From Minisyncoccota bacterium (GTDB lineage Bacteria > Patescibacteriota > Minisyncoccia > Phycocordibacterales > GWA1-40-21), in the NCBI GenBank assembly GCA_041663045.1, contig JBAZRH010000002.1, forward strand, positions 193,946 to 257,945: a stretch of 64,000 nucleotides of DNA, read 5' to 3'. Positions 28,320 through 37,504 of this stretch are shown in pieces (positions within the stretch are counted from its first letter, which is position 1; the number at the start of each line of letters is the position of its first letter). The notes beneath the pieces are model-generated. The model ran no database searches. It was not told the DNA's origin and saw only the letters and a list, made by a program, of their open reading frames with translations. Made by a program: the position numbers and the translations under genes.

Positions 28320-28787
28320 TGGCAATTCATATCCGCAGTGTTGTTCGTGGTGGCGACCTCGATGATCAGTCACTATCTGGTCAAAAAAAGCCTGACCCCG
28401 TGGAATGGTGAGATGTTTTTGATTTCGAATTACCATGAGCAAAAGCTAGGAATAGTCAGTCGGTTGACTGAAGAACATGGAGGAAAAATATTTAGTGACA
28501 AAGTTGTCACTCCTACGGGTTTTCACAGAGATATCTGTCTACCCGAAGCGACCATTATTAACTCTCTTATGTTTAGTGAGTCTACCTGTGAAAAGATGCC
28601 TTTTATTCGTATAGCTTTAAAGAAAGGGTCTGTAATCACTTCTGTGGGTTGGCGCATTGCGGTCAGTATTGACGAAGTGGACATGTGTTTTGAAGAGCCT
28701 GTTGATGGAAGTAAGTTTGATTGCCTCTGTGTGATTATGGAATCTCAACTAAACAAAAGGGTTTACACAATTAATTTCAACGCATAA
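28317..28787 (+). CDS. Hypothetical protein with N-terminal TM anchor
   Basis: AAGGAG SD; hydrophobic N-terminus; terminator at about 28835-28867. Confidence 0.7.
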   Translation: MWQFISAVLFVVATSMISHYLVKKSLTPWNGEMFLISNYHEQKLGIVSRLTEEHGGKIFSDKVVTPTGFHRDICLPEATIINSLMFSESTCEKMPFIRIALKKGSVITSVGWRIAVSIDEVDMCFEEPVDGSKFDCLCVIMESQLNKRVYTINFNA

Positions 28788-28900
28788 CCTATTCCTTGCA
28801 ATATGTGTTTATAGATGTTGATACTCAATAAATCGGGCGGGGTTTGCGAAGCAAACCCCGCCTTTTCTTTTGTATTTCCAACATCTTTCTGGTATTTGCA

Positions 28901-28928
28901 TCCTATATTATCATATGATAATATAGGA
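28901..28928. promoter_or_regulatory. Perfect 28 bp palindrome over the TA promoter (probable autorepression operator)
   Basis: TCCTATATTATCAT-ATGATAATATAGGA directly after a TTGCAT -35 box. Confidence 0.65.
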
Positions 28929-28956
28929 TATGTTAGTAATTTAATATATATAAAAT

Positions 28957-29178
28957 ATGAGTACAATATCTGTTCCACTTCCTGCAAAATTGGAAGAAAA
29001 ACTGAATAATCTTGTGAAGTCTGGATATGGTTCAAACAAAGCCGACGCTGTTCGCCGAGCTATTTTAAGTGCATCGGAAGAAGAGGCGATACAGGATGTC
29101 TTGCAAGCGCAGCATGAAATAGCTATGGGCAAAGGGTTGCACGGAGATTTAAGAGAATTAGCAAAAAGATTCAAATAA
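28957..29178 (+). CDS. Ribbon-helix-helix antitoxin
   Basis: TISVPLP..., GYGSNKADAVRRAI; upstream of a RelE-type toxin. Confidence 0.8.
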   Translation: MSTISVPLPAKLEEKLNNLVKSGYGSNKADAVRRAILSASEEEAIQDVLQAQHEIAMGKGLHGDLRELAKRFK

Positions 29179-29179
29179 A

Positions 29180-29440
29180 ATGCTAAATCTTATTTATGCA
29201 CCGATTTTTGTAAAGAAATTTAATAAACTAGAGGAGAATTTACAGGATGAGGTGATTGAGAAAATAGAATTATTTAAAGATGCTCGAAATCACAAAATAC
29301 TGAAAGTCCATAAATTACACGGGCAATTCAAAAATTGTTATAGTTTTTCTGTAAATTATGAATTTCGAATCATTTTTTCCTATGCTTCTAAAAAAGATGT
29401 CGATATTTTGGCTATTGGAGGACACGATATATACAAATAA
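29180..29440 (+). CDS. RelE/YafQ-superfamily toxin
   Basis: F.KKF.KL, LKVHKLHG, SFSVNYEFRIIF, IGGHDIY. Confidence 0.85.
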   Translation: MLNLIYAPIFVKKFNKLEENLQDEVIEKIELFKDARNHKILKVHKLHGQFKNCYSFSVNYEFRIIFSYASKKDVDILAIGGHDIYK

Positions 29441-29441
29441 T

Positions 29442-30245
29442 TTATTTCAATTCAAGCAGTACCGGGCAATGGTCGCTTCCAAACATATTATTTAAGATTT
29501 CGGCGCGGGAGATTTTTGATTTCAAATCTTGTGAGGTGAAAAAGTAGTCCAGACGCCAGCCGACATTTCTTTCTCGAGCAAAAGTTTTCATATCCCACCA
29601 GCTATATTTTATTTCTTTTGGATGAAGTGTGCGGAAAGTGTCTATCCAGCCATGGGCGACGAGTTTGTCCATCCAAGCGCGTTCTATCGGTAAAAATCCG
29701 GTATGCTCGGCATTTTCTTTTGCTCTTGCAAGGTCGATTTCATTGTGTGCGGTGTTTACATCTCCGCAGAAAATCACGCTTTTTCCGGCTTTTTCCAATT
29801 TTTTTATAAATTTCAGAAATTCATCATAATATTCAAGCTTGTATTCAAGTCTGTCTTGCCCACCTCCGCCATTTGGGAAATAGCAAGTTATGATGACAGT
29901 ATCTCCGAGATGCAATGCGAGAAATCTACCTTCCTGGTCTAATTTTTCCACTCCAAGTCCATATTCTACTTTTGGGGACTGGGTTCCGTTCTTCAACGGA
30001 ATGACAGAGGAGAGAAGTTTTTCTTTTATATAAATTGCTACGCCAGAATATCCCTTCTTCACTTTTGAATGATCAAAAAAGGCGTGATAACCTGCGGGGG
30101 AGCGCACTTCTTCGGGAAGCTGTTCTGGATGAGCTTTCGTCTCTTGCAGGCAGAAAATATCCGGATCAACCTCAAAAATGCTGTCAAAAGCCCCCTTTTT
30201 GTGGAAAGCTCGCAGGCCGTTTACATTCCAGGAAATGATTTTCAT
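29442..30245 (-). CDS. xth: Exodeoxyribonuclease III
   Basis: MKIISWNVNG, CLQETK, GDVNTAH, GWRLDYF, SDHCP. Confidence 0.95.
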   Translation of the reverse strand: MKIISWNVNGLRAFHKKGAFDSIFEVDPDIFCLQETKAHPEQLPEEVRSPAGYHAFFDHSKVKKGYSGVAIYIKEKLLSSVIPLKNGTQSPKVEYGLGVEKLDQEGRFLALHLGDTVIITCYFPNGGGGQDRLEYKLEYYDEFLKFIKKLEKAGKSVIFCGDVNTAHNEIDLARAKENAEHTGFLPIERAWMDKLVAHGWIDTFRTLHPKEIKYSWWDMKTFARERNVGWRLDYFFTSQDLKSKISRAEILNNMFGSDHCPVLLELK

Positions 30246-30261
30246 AAGACAATAATAACAC

Positions 30262-30316
30262 AAAAATACCGAGGCGGAACCTTTCTGTGGATTTAAGGTT
30301 CCGCCTCGGTATTTTT
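30262..30316. repeat. REP-doublet-like inverted repeat
   Basis: AAAAATACCGAGGCGGAACCTT...AAGGTTCCGCCTCGGTATTTTT. Confidence 0.75.
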
Positions 30317-30558
30317 TAGAAATCTCTATAGGTTTTTTCTGATCGATATTCGACGGAGACAATATTATTGTAGCCACTATCTCTTTTATAGATTATCCTG
30401 ATTTTTCCTTTTCTTAGGCGGAAACAATTTTCTTGGTCTTGTAGTTTCTTAATGTCTAGACCCCTTAGGTCGTCTGTCTTTATCTTATAGAGTAATTCGA
30501 GAATAATATCCCTTTTCCGACTCTCAATTTTAGAGAGAAACTTTTCTATTTTGTTCAT
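30316..30558 (-). CDS. RelE-family toxin
   Basis: DIKKL, FRLRKGKIRIIY; overlaps the upstream antitoxin. Confidence 0.78.
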   Translation of the reverse strand: MNKIEKFLSKIESRKRDIILELLYKIKTDDLRGLDIKKLQDQENCFRLRKGKIRIIYKRDSGYNNIVSVEYRSEKTYRDF

Positions 30559-30808
30559 TCTTCTTAAATTTTTCCATTATAGAAATGAGTTTCTCGACCC
30601 TAATCCCTTCTTTTTTACCTCCCTCTGTAAAATCAATCAAAGTCTCCCATTTTTCACCCACTGGTTCCAGACGAAAGATTGCTTTTGACCTTTTGACTAC
30701 CACAAAAGACATACCTTTTTCCAAGGCCCTGATATATTTGTCGGCATTTACGCGGAAATCCTTAAAAGGAATAATATTATTTATGTGGTTTTTTACCAAT
30801 GTATTCAT
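30530..30808 (-). CDS. Phd/YefM-like antitoxin
   Basis: KDFRVN..YI...G.SFVVVKRSK; palindrome at 30816-30837 in its promoter. Confidence 0.72.
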   Translation of the reverse strand: MNTLVKNHINNIIPFKDFRVNADKYIRALEKGMSFVVVKRSKAIFRLEPVGEKWETLIDFTEGGKKEGIRVEKLISIMEKFKKNEQNRKVSL

Positions 30809-31040
30809 ATAGACAAGTTTATCTTAAGTTAAACTTAAAGTCAAATCATTTAATATAAAAAAACCCACCGCCGAAGCAAGTGGGTCTGGGTCGAGGCTGT
30901 ATCCCAGGTAGCCTCCGAGAGGTTAGGTTCTTGTTCTCTTGGGTTTGTGTAAGGCGGATCGGCCGAAGCAGATCAGCTAATGACAAACCGGAATTACCCT
31001 TTTATTGGAAGCTATGCTTCCAAACCTTGTCGGTTTATGG

Positions 31041-31274
31041 TCATTTTTCGTCGATCATAGAGTCGAGTTCCGCAACAACTTTTTGATAAGTAGTTGCAAG
31101 AAACATCTTTGCAAGCTCGGCCATTTCCGAAGGAAGGATGCCGAGTTTCTTTGCCCCGTTGGTGAGTTCTCGCCTGATTTCCTTTGGATTCAGACGGATT
31201 CCACCATCTCTCTCCATTTTGTCTTGGAGAACCAACACTGCGATTTCACCAGCCCGCTCTTTACTCAGTGTCAT
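31041..31274 (-). CDS. Small hypothetical protein (orphan cassette)
   Basis: TTGACT/TATACT promoter, GTTCGTTCAA, AAGGAG SD, MTLSKER start. Confidence 0.7.
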   Translation of the reverse strand: MTLSKERAGEIAVLVLQDKMERDGGIRLNPKEIRRELTNGAKKLGILPSEMAELAKMFLATTYQKVVAELDSMIDEK

Positions 31275-31423
31275 ATGACACTCCTTTTCTTGAACGAACA
31301 TTGCAGTTGCGGACTGCTAGCCGACCGGTTACTATCATTTCACCAGTACTACGAGTATATCATACTTGAATATAAAAGTCAAATCGTAAGAACGTAGTAT
31401 TTTTATGATATAATTTCACCACT

Positions 31424-31786
31424 ATGAACGAAGAACAGAAGATAATAAATCCATTGGAGAATAACGGCGGGGCGGGGAGTGGGCAGATTGATAATGAAAA
31501 ACTTTGGGCGGTTCTCGGATATTTTATATTTTTTCTGCCTATGATTTTTGTGAAGAATAGAACACAGTTTTTGAATTTTCATATTAATCAGGGGATTATT
31601 CTTTTTATTGTATCGATGGCAGGATATTTTGGCTTTGGGATTTTGCCTTTCGGAATAGGAATGATTTTCTCTTGGATTTGGCAGATAGCTGTGATTGCTT
31701 TACTCGTCGCGGGCGTGATGAATGTGATGAAAAAAGAGACGAAGCCCTTGCCGGTGGTGGGAAGATTATTTAATTTTTTGAAATAA
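31424..31786 (+). CDS. DUF4870-like membrane protein
   Basis: AVLGY, FHINQG, KPLPVVG. Confidence 0.78.
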   Translation: MNEEQKIINPLENNGGAGSGQIDNEKLWAVLGYFIFFLPMIFVKNRTQFLNFHINQGIILFIVSMAGYFGFGILPFGIGMIFSWIWQIAVIALLVAGVMNVMKKETKPLPVVGRLFNFLK

Positions 31787-31791
31787 AATAT

Positions 31792-32271
31792 ATGGATACA
31801 AATAGGAAAAACATCTTTGAGACAAATGCTGCAAAAGCATCAAATAAACTCACAATAAATTCTTTTATGATGGGCAGTCTCCTTTTTATCTTTACCTTGA
31901 TTTGGACATTAAGTCCAGATAGATTTGATTTGAATTTAATATCTCAGATAACTCTCGCTTTCCCACTCCTATTTGTCTCTAGTTTGGCGTACTCTAAAAT
32001 AGCGTACTGGCATGAGACAAAACTCTGGGACACTTTTGGATGGTTCACAAACAACTTAGCAAATATTCTTATATTAAACTCAATCGGCTTGATGGTGGCT
32101 TCAATTAATAAAACGCTTTCAATTAGTTATTTTAGTCTTTTACTAATTGCCATGTTTATCTATTCAGTAATAAATGTTATTTATACACCAAGTGCTTTAT
32201 CTGAAAAGATTTTTAAATATCTATTTTTGGTAACGGGGATAATATTGGGTGGGGTATTGATGATTTTGTAA
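31792..32271 (+). CDS. Hypothetical membrane protein
   Basis: 159 aa, 4-5 TM segments. Confidence 0.7.
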   Translation: MDTNRKNIFETNAAKASNKLTINSFMMGSLLFIFTLIWTLSPDRFDLNLISQITLAFPLLFVSSLAYSKIAYWHETKLWDTFGWFTNNLANILILNSIGLMVASINKTLSISYFSLLLIAMFIYSVINVIYTPSALSEKIFKYLFLVTGIILGGVLMIL

Positions 32272-32335
32272 ACTGGACTTGTTTAAAATACAAAATGCGG
32301 GGTTTTGGCGAAGCCAAAACCCCGCATTTTGTATT

Positions 32336-33295
32336 TTATGATTTATTATGGAATTTTTTGTGAACATCCCGCAAGTGTTTATCCGTAACATGTGTGTAAA
32401 TTTGCGTCGTCGCGATATTTGAGTGGCCGAGCATAGCCTGGACAGAGCGAAGGTCGGCACCGTTTGAAAGCAAGTCCGTGGCAAAGCAATGGCGTATGAC
32501 ATGAGGCGTGACTTTCTTTGTTATTCCAGCTATTGTGGCGTATCTTTTTACAATTCTTTCAATTGTCCTACTAGTAAGACCACCATCCGGATCAGCTGCT
32601 GGTTTGCCTTTTATCTTTTCTTCAGCGACTTTTACAAATAAAGCATCAGACATGTCCTTGCGTAGAGCGAGATATTCTTTAATAGCGGATTTGGCTCCGT
32701 CTGATAAGAATACTACGCGTACTTTACCTCCTTTTCCGCGAATAGAAAATTCGTCCATCTTTATATCCAGATCATTTTTTAGTGAGCACAATTCAGAAAC
32801 ACGAAGGCCGGTGGAAAATAATAATTCTAAAATCGCATGTCCCCTTGCTTTTTTCTCCGGATTTTCTTCCTTATCTGGTGCGGTGAGTAAACGTTTTAAT
32901 TCAGTTTGAGAGATTACGTCTATTGATCTTTCGCCGACTTTAGCCAACTCAATATTATCTGCTGACAAGGAAGTGATACCGCGTCTAGTTAGGAATCTTA
33001 AGAATATGCGCAAAGCAATCAGATAATAATTCTGCGTTTTCTTGGTCATATTATCACTGACAAAAGTCTGATTGGAATTTCTTAGTGTCCCTCGAGTTTT
33101 TGCTCCAGGTCGGCGATTCAACCAAATACGAAATTCACGCACTTTTTCATTAGTAATATCTTTCGGATTTGTAACCTTACTTTGTTTGAAGAAGAGCGTT
33201 AGGTAACGATCATAGTTTTTTATAGTCTTCAACGCCCGTCCTCTTTCGATCTCAATATATTCAAGGAATTGAGTTTTTAGTTCTTGTAAATTCAT
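32336..33295 (-). CDS. xerC: XerC/XerD-family tyrosine recombinase
   Basis: GLRVSEL, GKGGKVR, HVIRH, LGH, TQIY. Confidence 0.88.
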   Translation of the reverse strand: MNLQELKTQFLEYIEIERGRALKTIKNYDRYLTLFFKQSKVTNPKDITNEKVREFRIWLNRRPGAKTRGTLRNSNQTFVSDNMTKKTQNYYLIALRIFLRFLTRRGITSLSADNIELAKVGERSIDVISQTELKRLLTAPDKEENPEKKARGHAILELLFSTGLRVSELCSLKNDLDIKMDEFSIRGKGGKVRVVFLSDGAKSAIKEYLALRKDMSDALFVKVAEEKIKGKPAADPDGGLTSRTIERIVKRYATIAGITKKVTPHVIRHCFATDLLSNGADLRSVQAMLGHSNIATTQIYTHVTDKHLRDVHKKFHNKS

Positions 33296-33385
33296 GTCGC
33301 ACAATAATTATAGCATTTAAAAGAGAGAATAAAAAAGCGGCGTTTTCTTGGGGGTGAATACCCCCAAGAAAACGCCGCCCCAACA

Positions 33386-34015
33386 TCACTCCACCAAAAG
33401 AACATGATCCCGCACTTCAAAGGGTAAGTTTACAAATCGCCCCATAAGCACAGGCTCATCTCCTTGGCGGAAGTTTATCTCCGTTACCATCTCAAGGCCA
33501 GGCTTACCGAAAGGTGTGTGAGGAAAAATGAAGCATTCCCCACGCATGATAGCTTTCCGGTGGCCTTCATTCGCCCAGAAGGCGAGTGCATCTCCGATGG
33601 TCGGCAAATACTTTTTCACGCGATTCCGCCTGACATCGGAAACATTTTTCCATCGTGGATCCATACCAAGGGTCAAGCGAATTTTGCCTTCCGTGGTCGA
33701 GAAGATCCGTTTGCGTCCGACAAGCCCTTCCCGAATTCTCTGATCCACGCCGGAGCTACCCAATATTTCAAGTAGCTTTCGCCTCGTTTCCAAATCTTTA
33801 CTACGAATGATTTGGAATCTTGAGAAAGAACGATCCGTGCCGGAGCGTATCAGCGAAAGCAAATTGCGGTATGTGATTCCGGGTGGATTAAACCCAGGAG
33901 ACATAATCACCCCCAGTAATGTCTGGACACGATAGTCTTTGCCATGATCTTCTGTCATCCTCGCTCTGTGTGCCAAGTCTGACAATATTCCTACTGCACT
34001 GTGCATTTCTTTCAT
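33386..34015 (-). CDS. Hypothetical protein (orphan cassette, GC-richer)
   Basis: TTGACT promoter, GGAAAGG SD, long hairpin at about 33337-33378. Confidence 0.65.
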   Translation of the reverse strand: MKEMHSAVGILSDLAHRARMTEDHGKDYRVQTLLGVIMSPGFNPPGITYRNLLSLIRSGTDRSFSRFQIIRSKDLETRRKLLEILGSSGVDQRIREGLVGRKRIFSTTEGKIRLTLGMDPRWKNVSDVRRNRVKKYLPTIGDALAFWANEGHRKAIMRGECFIFPHTPFGKPGLEMVTEINFRQGDEPVLMGRFVNLPFEVRDHVLLVE

Positions 34016-34159
34016 CTTCTCTACCTTTCCTTGTTTTTGTTGTGCTATCTATTAGTTAAATTACTTAAATTTAGTAAATAAGTCAAATCTTTATTAATAG
34101 TGTTTCTATCAAAAATATTATACAATTACTATATTAATTATTTTTAATAAAACAAAAAT

Positions 34160-34945
34160 ATGAATTTTGAAATGCCACCAAAAGAGACCTTGGAAAAAGA
34201 TATGCTTGCGAAAGTGAAGGATAGTATTCCTACTGGCCAAGAATGGCGTGTCGGGCAACTTTTGAAATGTGAAATAATTGTGAAGGCGGGGGCCAAGCTT
34301 ACTGTTACAGAAATGGCCGCAAAAAATAAAATCATTGTCGAGGAGGGGGGCGAGCTTGAAATTACAGGACAAGATTTGGTCAATGAAATAACGAGGGGTG
34401 GGCAAGTTGAAACAGCATCTGCGCAGGAAGAGAAAACCGAAACACCCATGCAACCGCAAAATAATGAGGTGCAAAAAGATTCGGTGGCTATACCGGAGAA
34501 TATGTCTGAACATGATAGGAGAATGCTTGATATTAGCAGAAAAGAGGTGGAGACAATACTAGGGATGACCCCCGAAGGACTCACCAAGATGGAGAAAGTC
34601 GCTGATATGATTAAGAAAATGCCATTAATTCAGAATGCAATGGTTATTGAAGGCCTTACAAGTTCTGGAGCTATCGATAAAAAGATTGGGGCAGATTTCA
34701 TTATTGCAGAATATAATCTAAGAGTTGATTTGGCATTGAAGATTTTACAATGGCCAGACTCCGCTAGGGAGACAGTAGAGACTTTATTAGGGGCTGATGG
34801 TAAGGATCCTAATAAACGTGCAATAGAAACGTACGTGAGTGATAAGAAAAAGATGGATGATTTTCTTAAAACCGGTGTAAATAATGGATTGGATCAGTAC
34901 CAAGTAATGGCATTAAATGAGATCAGAAAGGAAAAGGGGCTTTAA
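34160..34945 (+). CDS. Hypothetical protein
   Basis: 261 aa ORF, no recognised motif. Confidence 0.7.
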   Translation: MNFEMPPKETLEKDMLAKVKDSIPTGQEWRVGQLLKCEIIVKAGAKLTVTEMAAKNKIIVEEGGELEITGQDLVNEITRGGQVETASAQEEKTETPMQPQNNEVQKDSVAIPENMSEHDRRMLDISRKEVETILGMTPEGLTKMEKVADMIKKMPLIQNAMVIEGLTSSGAIDKKIGADFIIAEYNLRVDLALKILQWPDSARETVETLLGADGKDPNKRAIETYVSDKKKMDDFLKTGVNNGLDQYQVMALNEIRKEKGL

Positions 34946-34991
34946 ATGAGGGGTTGCAAATATTGGGCAGATATGCTACAATCTCCCCACA

Positions 34992-35255
34992 ATGCTTACA
35001 AAGATAAAGAAACAAAAAGTCATCGCCGAACACGCTATGCACGATACAGACACAGGTTCTCCTGAGGTCCAGATAGCTATGCTTACGAAGAAAATCGAGG
35101 AATTGACCAAACATTTGAAGAAAAATGCCAAGGACAATCACTCAAGAAGAGGTCTTCTAGGTATGGTGGCAGACAGACAGAAACATATGAAATATTTGGC
35201 AAAGAACTATCCAAAAAGGCATTCAGCGATAGCAAAGAAGACGGGACTAAAGTAA
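34992..35255 (+). CDS. rpsO: 30S ribosomal protein S15
   Basis: DTGSPEVQIAMLT, KDNHSRRGLL. Confidence 0.96.
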   Translation: MLTKIKKQKVIAEHAMHDTDTGSPEVQIAMLTKKIEELTKHLKKNAKDNHSRRGLLGMVADRQKHMKYLAKNYPKRHSAIAKKTGLK

Positions 35256-35366
35256 TTTAAACAAAAATCCGCCTCGAGCGGATTTTTGTTTATTTTATCG
35301 TGTTATAATGTAAGTAGGTCGGTATTATTAATTTTATAATAAAGAGCGGGGTAGTTGTATCGATTT

Positions 35367-35469
35367 ACCCCAGTGAAGTATCCGCCTATGGCGGAGAAAT
35401 CTTAAAAGATTTCACTTCACGGGGTGATGATTTTTATATTCACTTCGCTCATTAAAAATCAATCATGTC
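35367..35469 (+). repeat. Composite palindromic leader shared with comM
   Basis: 35416-35469 matches 43827-43880 at 52 of 54 nt. Confidence 0.88.
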
Positions 35470-35989
35470 AGTAATAAAACACAAAAATCAGAGAGTTGGG
35501 ATTTTTATAGATACACAAAATTTATATCATTCAGCTAAGAATCTGTATGGAGCCAAGGTCAACTTCGGCCAAGTCGTCAAAGACGCATTGGATGGAAGAG
35601 TTTTGATCAGAGCGACAGCATATGTCATCACCACAGAATCTGGAGACGAGAAAAGCTTTTTCGAAGCTCTTGGTAAGGTTGGTATCACGACAAAGACAAA
35701 AAATCTACAGATTTTCCCCGGTGGAGCCAAGAAAGCAGACTGGGATGTCGGTATGGCGATAGATGCTATATCACTTTCAGCAAAAGTGGATGCAGTGGTC
35801 TTGATCACAGGCGACGGAGACTTTATTCCGCTTGTAGAATATTTGAAAATCAAACAAGGATGCCAAGTGGAAGTAGTTTCCTTTGGTAAATCAACATCAG
35901 CCAAGCTCATAGAAGCCGTAGATGGCTTTATGGATTTGGATGTAAATCCGAGAAAATATTTGCTAGGGACGGGAGGGGGGAAGAGGTAG
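35465..35989 (+). CDS. NYN-domain (LabA/DUF88) protein
   Basis: IFIDTQNLY, KADWDV, TGDGDF. Confidence 0.9.
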   Translation: MSVIKHKNQRVGIFIDTQNLYHSAKNLYGAKVNFGQVVKDALDGRVLIRATAYVITTESGDEKSFFEALGKVGITTKTKNLQIFPGGAKKADWDVGMAIDAISLSAKVDAVVLITGDGDFIPLVEYLKIKQGCQVEVVSFGKSTSAKLIEAVDGFMDLDVNPRKYLLGTGGGKR

Positions 35990-36057
35990 GCACAGATTCA
36001 AGATTCAAGAATAAAAAAACAGCCGAAGTTCACCATGGTGCACTTCGGCTGATTGGT

Positions 36058-36450
36058 TTATGGAGTATTTGTTCCCCTTATAATTTTTTGTGGTACTATC
36101 AAAACCATACTTACTCCTCTTGGACCTGGAAATCTAGGATTACACACGAACCAAAATCTCTTGTGAAAGGTCATCTCCTCATCACAATGACTATAGATAC
36201 CTTTTGGTAGATTTCTATTGCCGAACAGTATTATGTATTTACCACTGCCAATCAAACCAATAGTAGCAAATGATCTCTTGGTGCCGAATGCCGATGAATT
36301 TCGACGGATTATCGAGAGATAACTACCGCTACATGGATCGAGATTTATACTAATGAGTTTTTGCCTGACCTCTTTGACTCCATGCATAATCTTCTCAAAA
36401 TTAACAAGATAAAATACTTTTCTGCCAAATCGATATTTTATTTTTTTCAT
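36058..36450 (-). CDS. Hypothetical basic protein
   Basis: Follows conserved leader copy 3; terminator at about 36017-36052. Confidence 0.65.
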   Translation of the reverse strand: MKKIKYRFGRKVFYLVNFEKIMHGVKEVRQKLISINLDPCSGSYLSIIRRNSSAFGTKRSFATIGLIGSGKYIILFGNRNLPKGIYSHCDEEMTFHKRFWFVCNPRFPGPRGVSMVLIVPQKIIRGTNTP

Positions 36451-36546
36451 TTTTTCTCCTTTTGTTAAAGAACATTTAGAAAAGTCCTATACTTTCCTAC
36501 AAACTCACCACTTTTTTGTTTTAGTGATGAGTTTGATGAGAAGGGG
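36448..36546 (-). repeat. Conserved ~100 nt structured spacer/leader, copy 3
   Basis: Reverse complement CCCCTTCTCATCAAACTCATCACTAAAACAAAAAAGTGGTGAGTTTGTAGGAAAG..GTTCTTTAACAAAGGAG..ATG. Confidence 0.88.
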
Positions 36547-36585
36547 AACCACAGGCGTTCCCCGAAGTGAAACTCGGCTGATGTG

Positions 36586-37143
36586 TTATCCACGGAAGTA
36601 GTGCCTTTCAAGCTCCTTCCCATACTTCCATACTTTGCATAGAACATCCAAAGCGCATTTAAACTCTAATCCAGATATCGTCTCGGTGTCAACCTTATGA
36701 CTGGCCCATCCTGCAATTCTGCTCAACTTTTTGCCTTCTCCTATTTTAATCTCCATGATCTGCGCCCATCTGGAGGCAAAGCGAAGCATTCCCATCATCT
36801 CTCTTTTATTTGTTTCGACGATTTCTGCCCAAAGATTCTTGTTACGAACTTTGAATGGTACAATGCCTTGTGCAATGGCTTTCCTCTTGAGCCTTAAGTA
36901 TTTTCTGTCCTCAGCTTTTTCCTTGAGGATTTCTGCTCTCCCTTCCGGAGATCTTCCCCATTCTTTTTCATAGTTTCTCACTATGGATTTAACACTACTA
37001 CCTTTTGGGTGAGCAGTAACAATGATTCCATTGAACCTTATACAGACAGAGTTATTGAGCTTTTTTGCCCTCCCAATCATCTTTCTTGCTAGAGAATATA
37101 GATTGTCTCCATAATCGCAGAAACCCCTCTTGAGATGTCTCAT
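36586..37143 (-). CDS. Hypothetical protein
   Basis: AGGAGG SD; 185 aa; translationally coupled to the upstream ORF. Confidence 0.7.
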   Translation of the reverse strand: MRHLKRGFCDYGDNLYSLARKMIGRAKKLNNSVCIRFNGIIVTAHPKGSSVKSIVRNYEKEWGRSPEGRAEILKEKAEDRKYLRLKRKAIAQGIVPFKVRNKNLWAEIVETNKREMMGMLRFASRWAQIMEIKIGEGKKLSRIAGWASHKVDTETISGLEFKCALDVLCKVWKYGKELERHYFRG

Positions 37144-37319
37144 AACCTTCCTCCTTTTTTCATTTCTTTCATTAAGTGGCGAATTTCTTTCAGTTCACGT
37201 TTCCTTGCACAGCCCGGACAGGCACATGTGCAATGTCTATCACAATGTGTGCCTGATTCCATGCAAAAGTGAAAAGTCTTGCGTTTGCATTTCTTAGGAC
37301 AGTTTTCCTTGCCCTTCAT
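37140..37319 (-). CDS. 59 aa Cys/His-rich small protein (not in ORF track)
   Basis: MKGKENCPKKCKRKTFHFCMESGTHCDRHCTCACPGCARKRE...; TAAGGAG SD; ATGA overlap with the next gene. Confidence 0.7.
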   Translation of the reverse strand: MKGKENCPKKCKRKTFHFCMESGTHCDRHCTCACPGCARKRELKEIRHLMKEMKKGGRL

Positions 37320-37504
37320 AATATACTCCTTACCTATTTTGCTTTATTAACGAACGCTTTTTTGACTAAGCACCTTGCTTAATCTTTCTGTATATAGTGT
37401 AGTTTGCTTTTATAAAATAGTCCAAAATGTCGTCAATATACATAAACCTTGCATAAATATGCCTATTATGATAGTATTTATGTTGTCGACTGTATCGACA
37501 GAAT

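Noticed and set aside
27435-28787. Classical integron cassette array
   Set aside because: The spacers lack the RYYYAAC/GTTRRRY attC ends and no IntI-type integrase is adjacent; kept only as an analogy.
29442-30377. N-terminal extensions given by the ORF track for xth, cca, the RluA gene, rplS, the PduO gene and 27811-28170
   Set aside because: The extensions run through repeats or promoters; the conserved domains begin at downstream ATGs.
32336-33295. Tyrosine recombinase as the integrase of a local island or of the tRNA elements
   Set aside because: It looks like a housekeeping XerC/D with no adjacent tRNA or att repeats; nothing links it to the elements.
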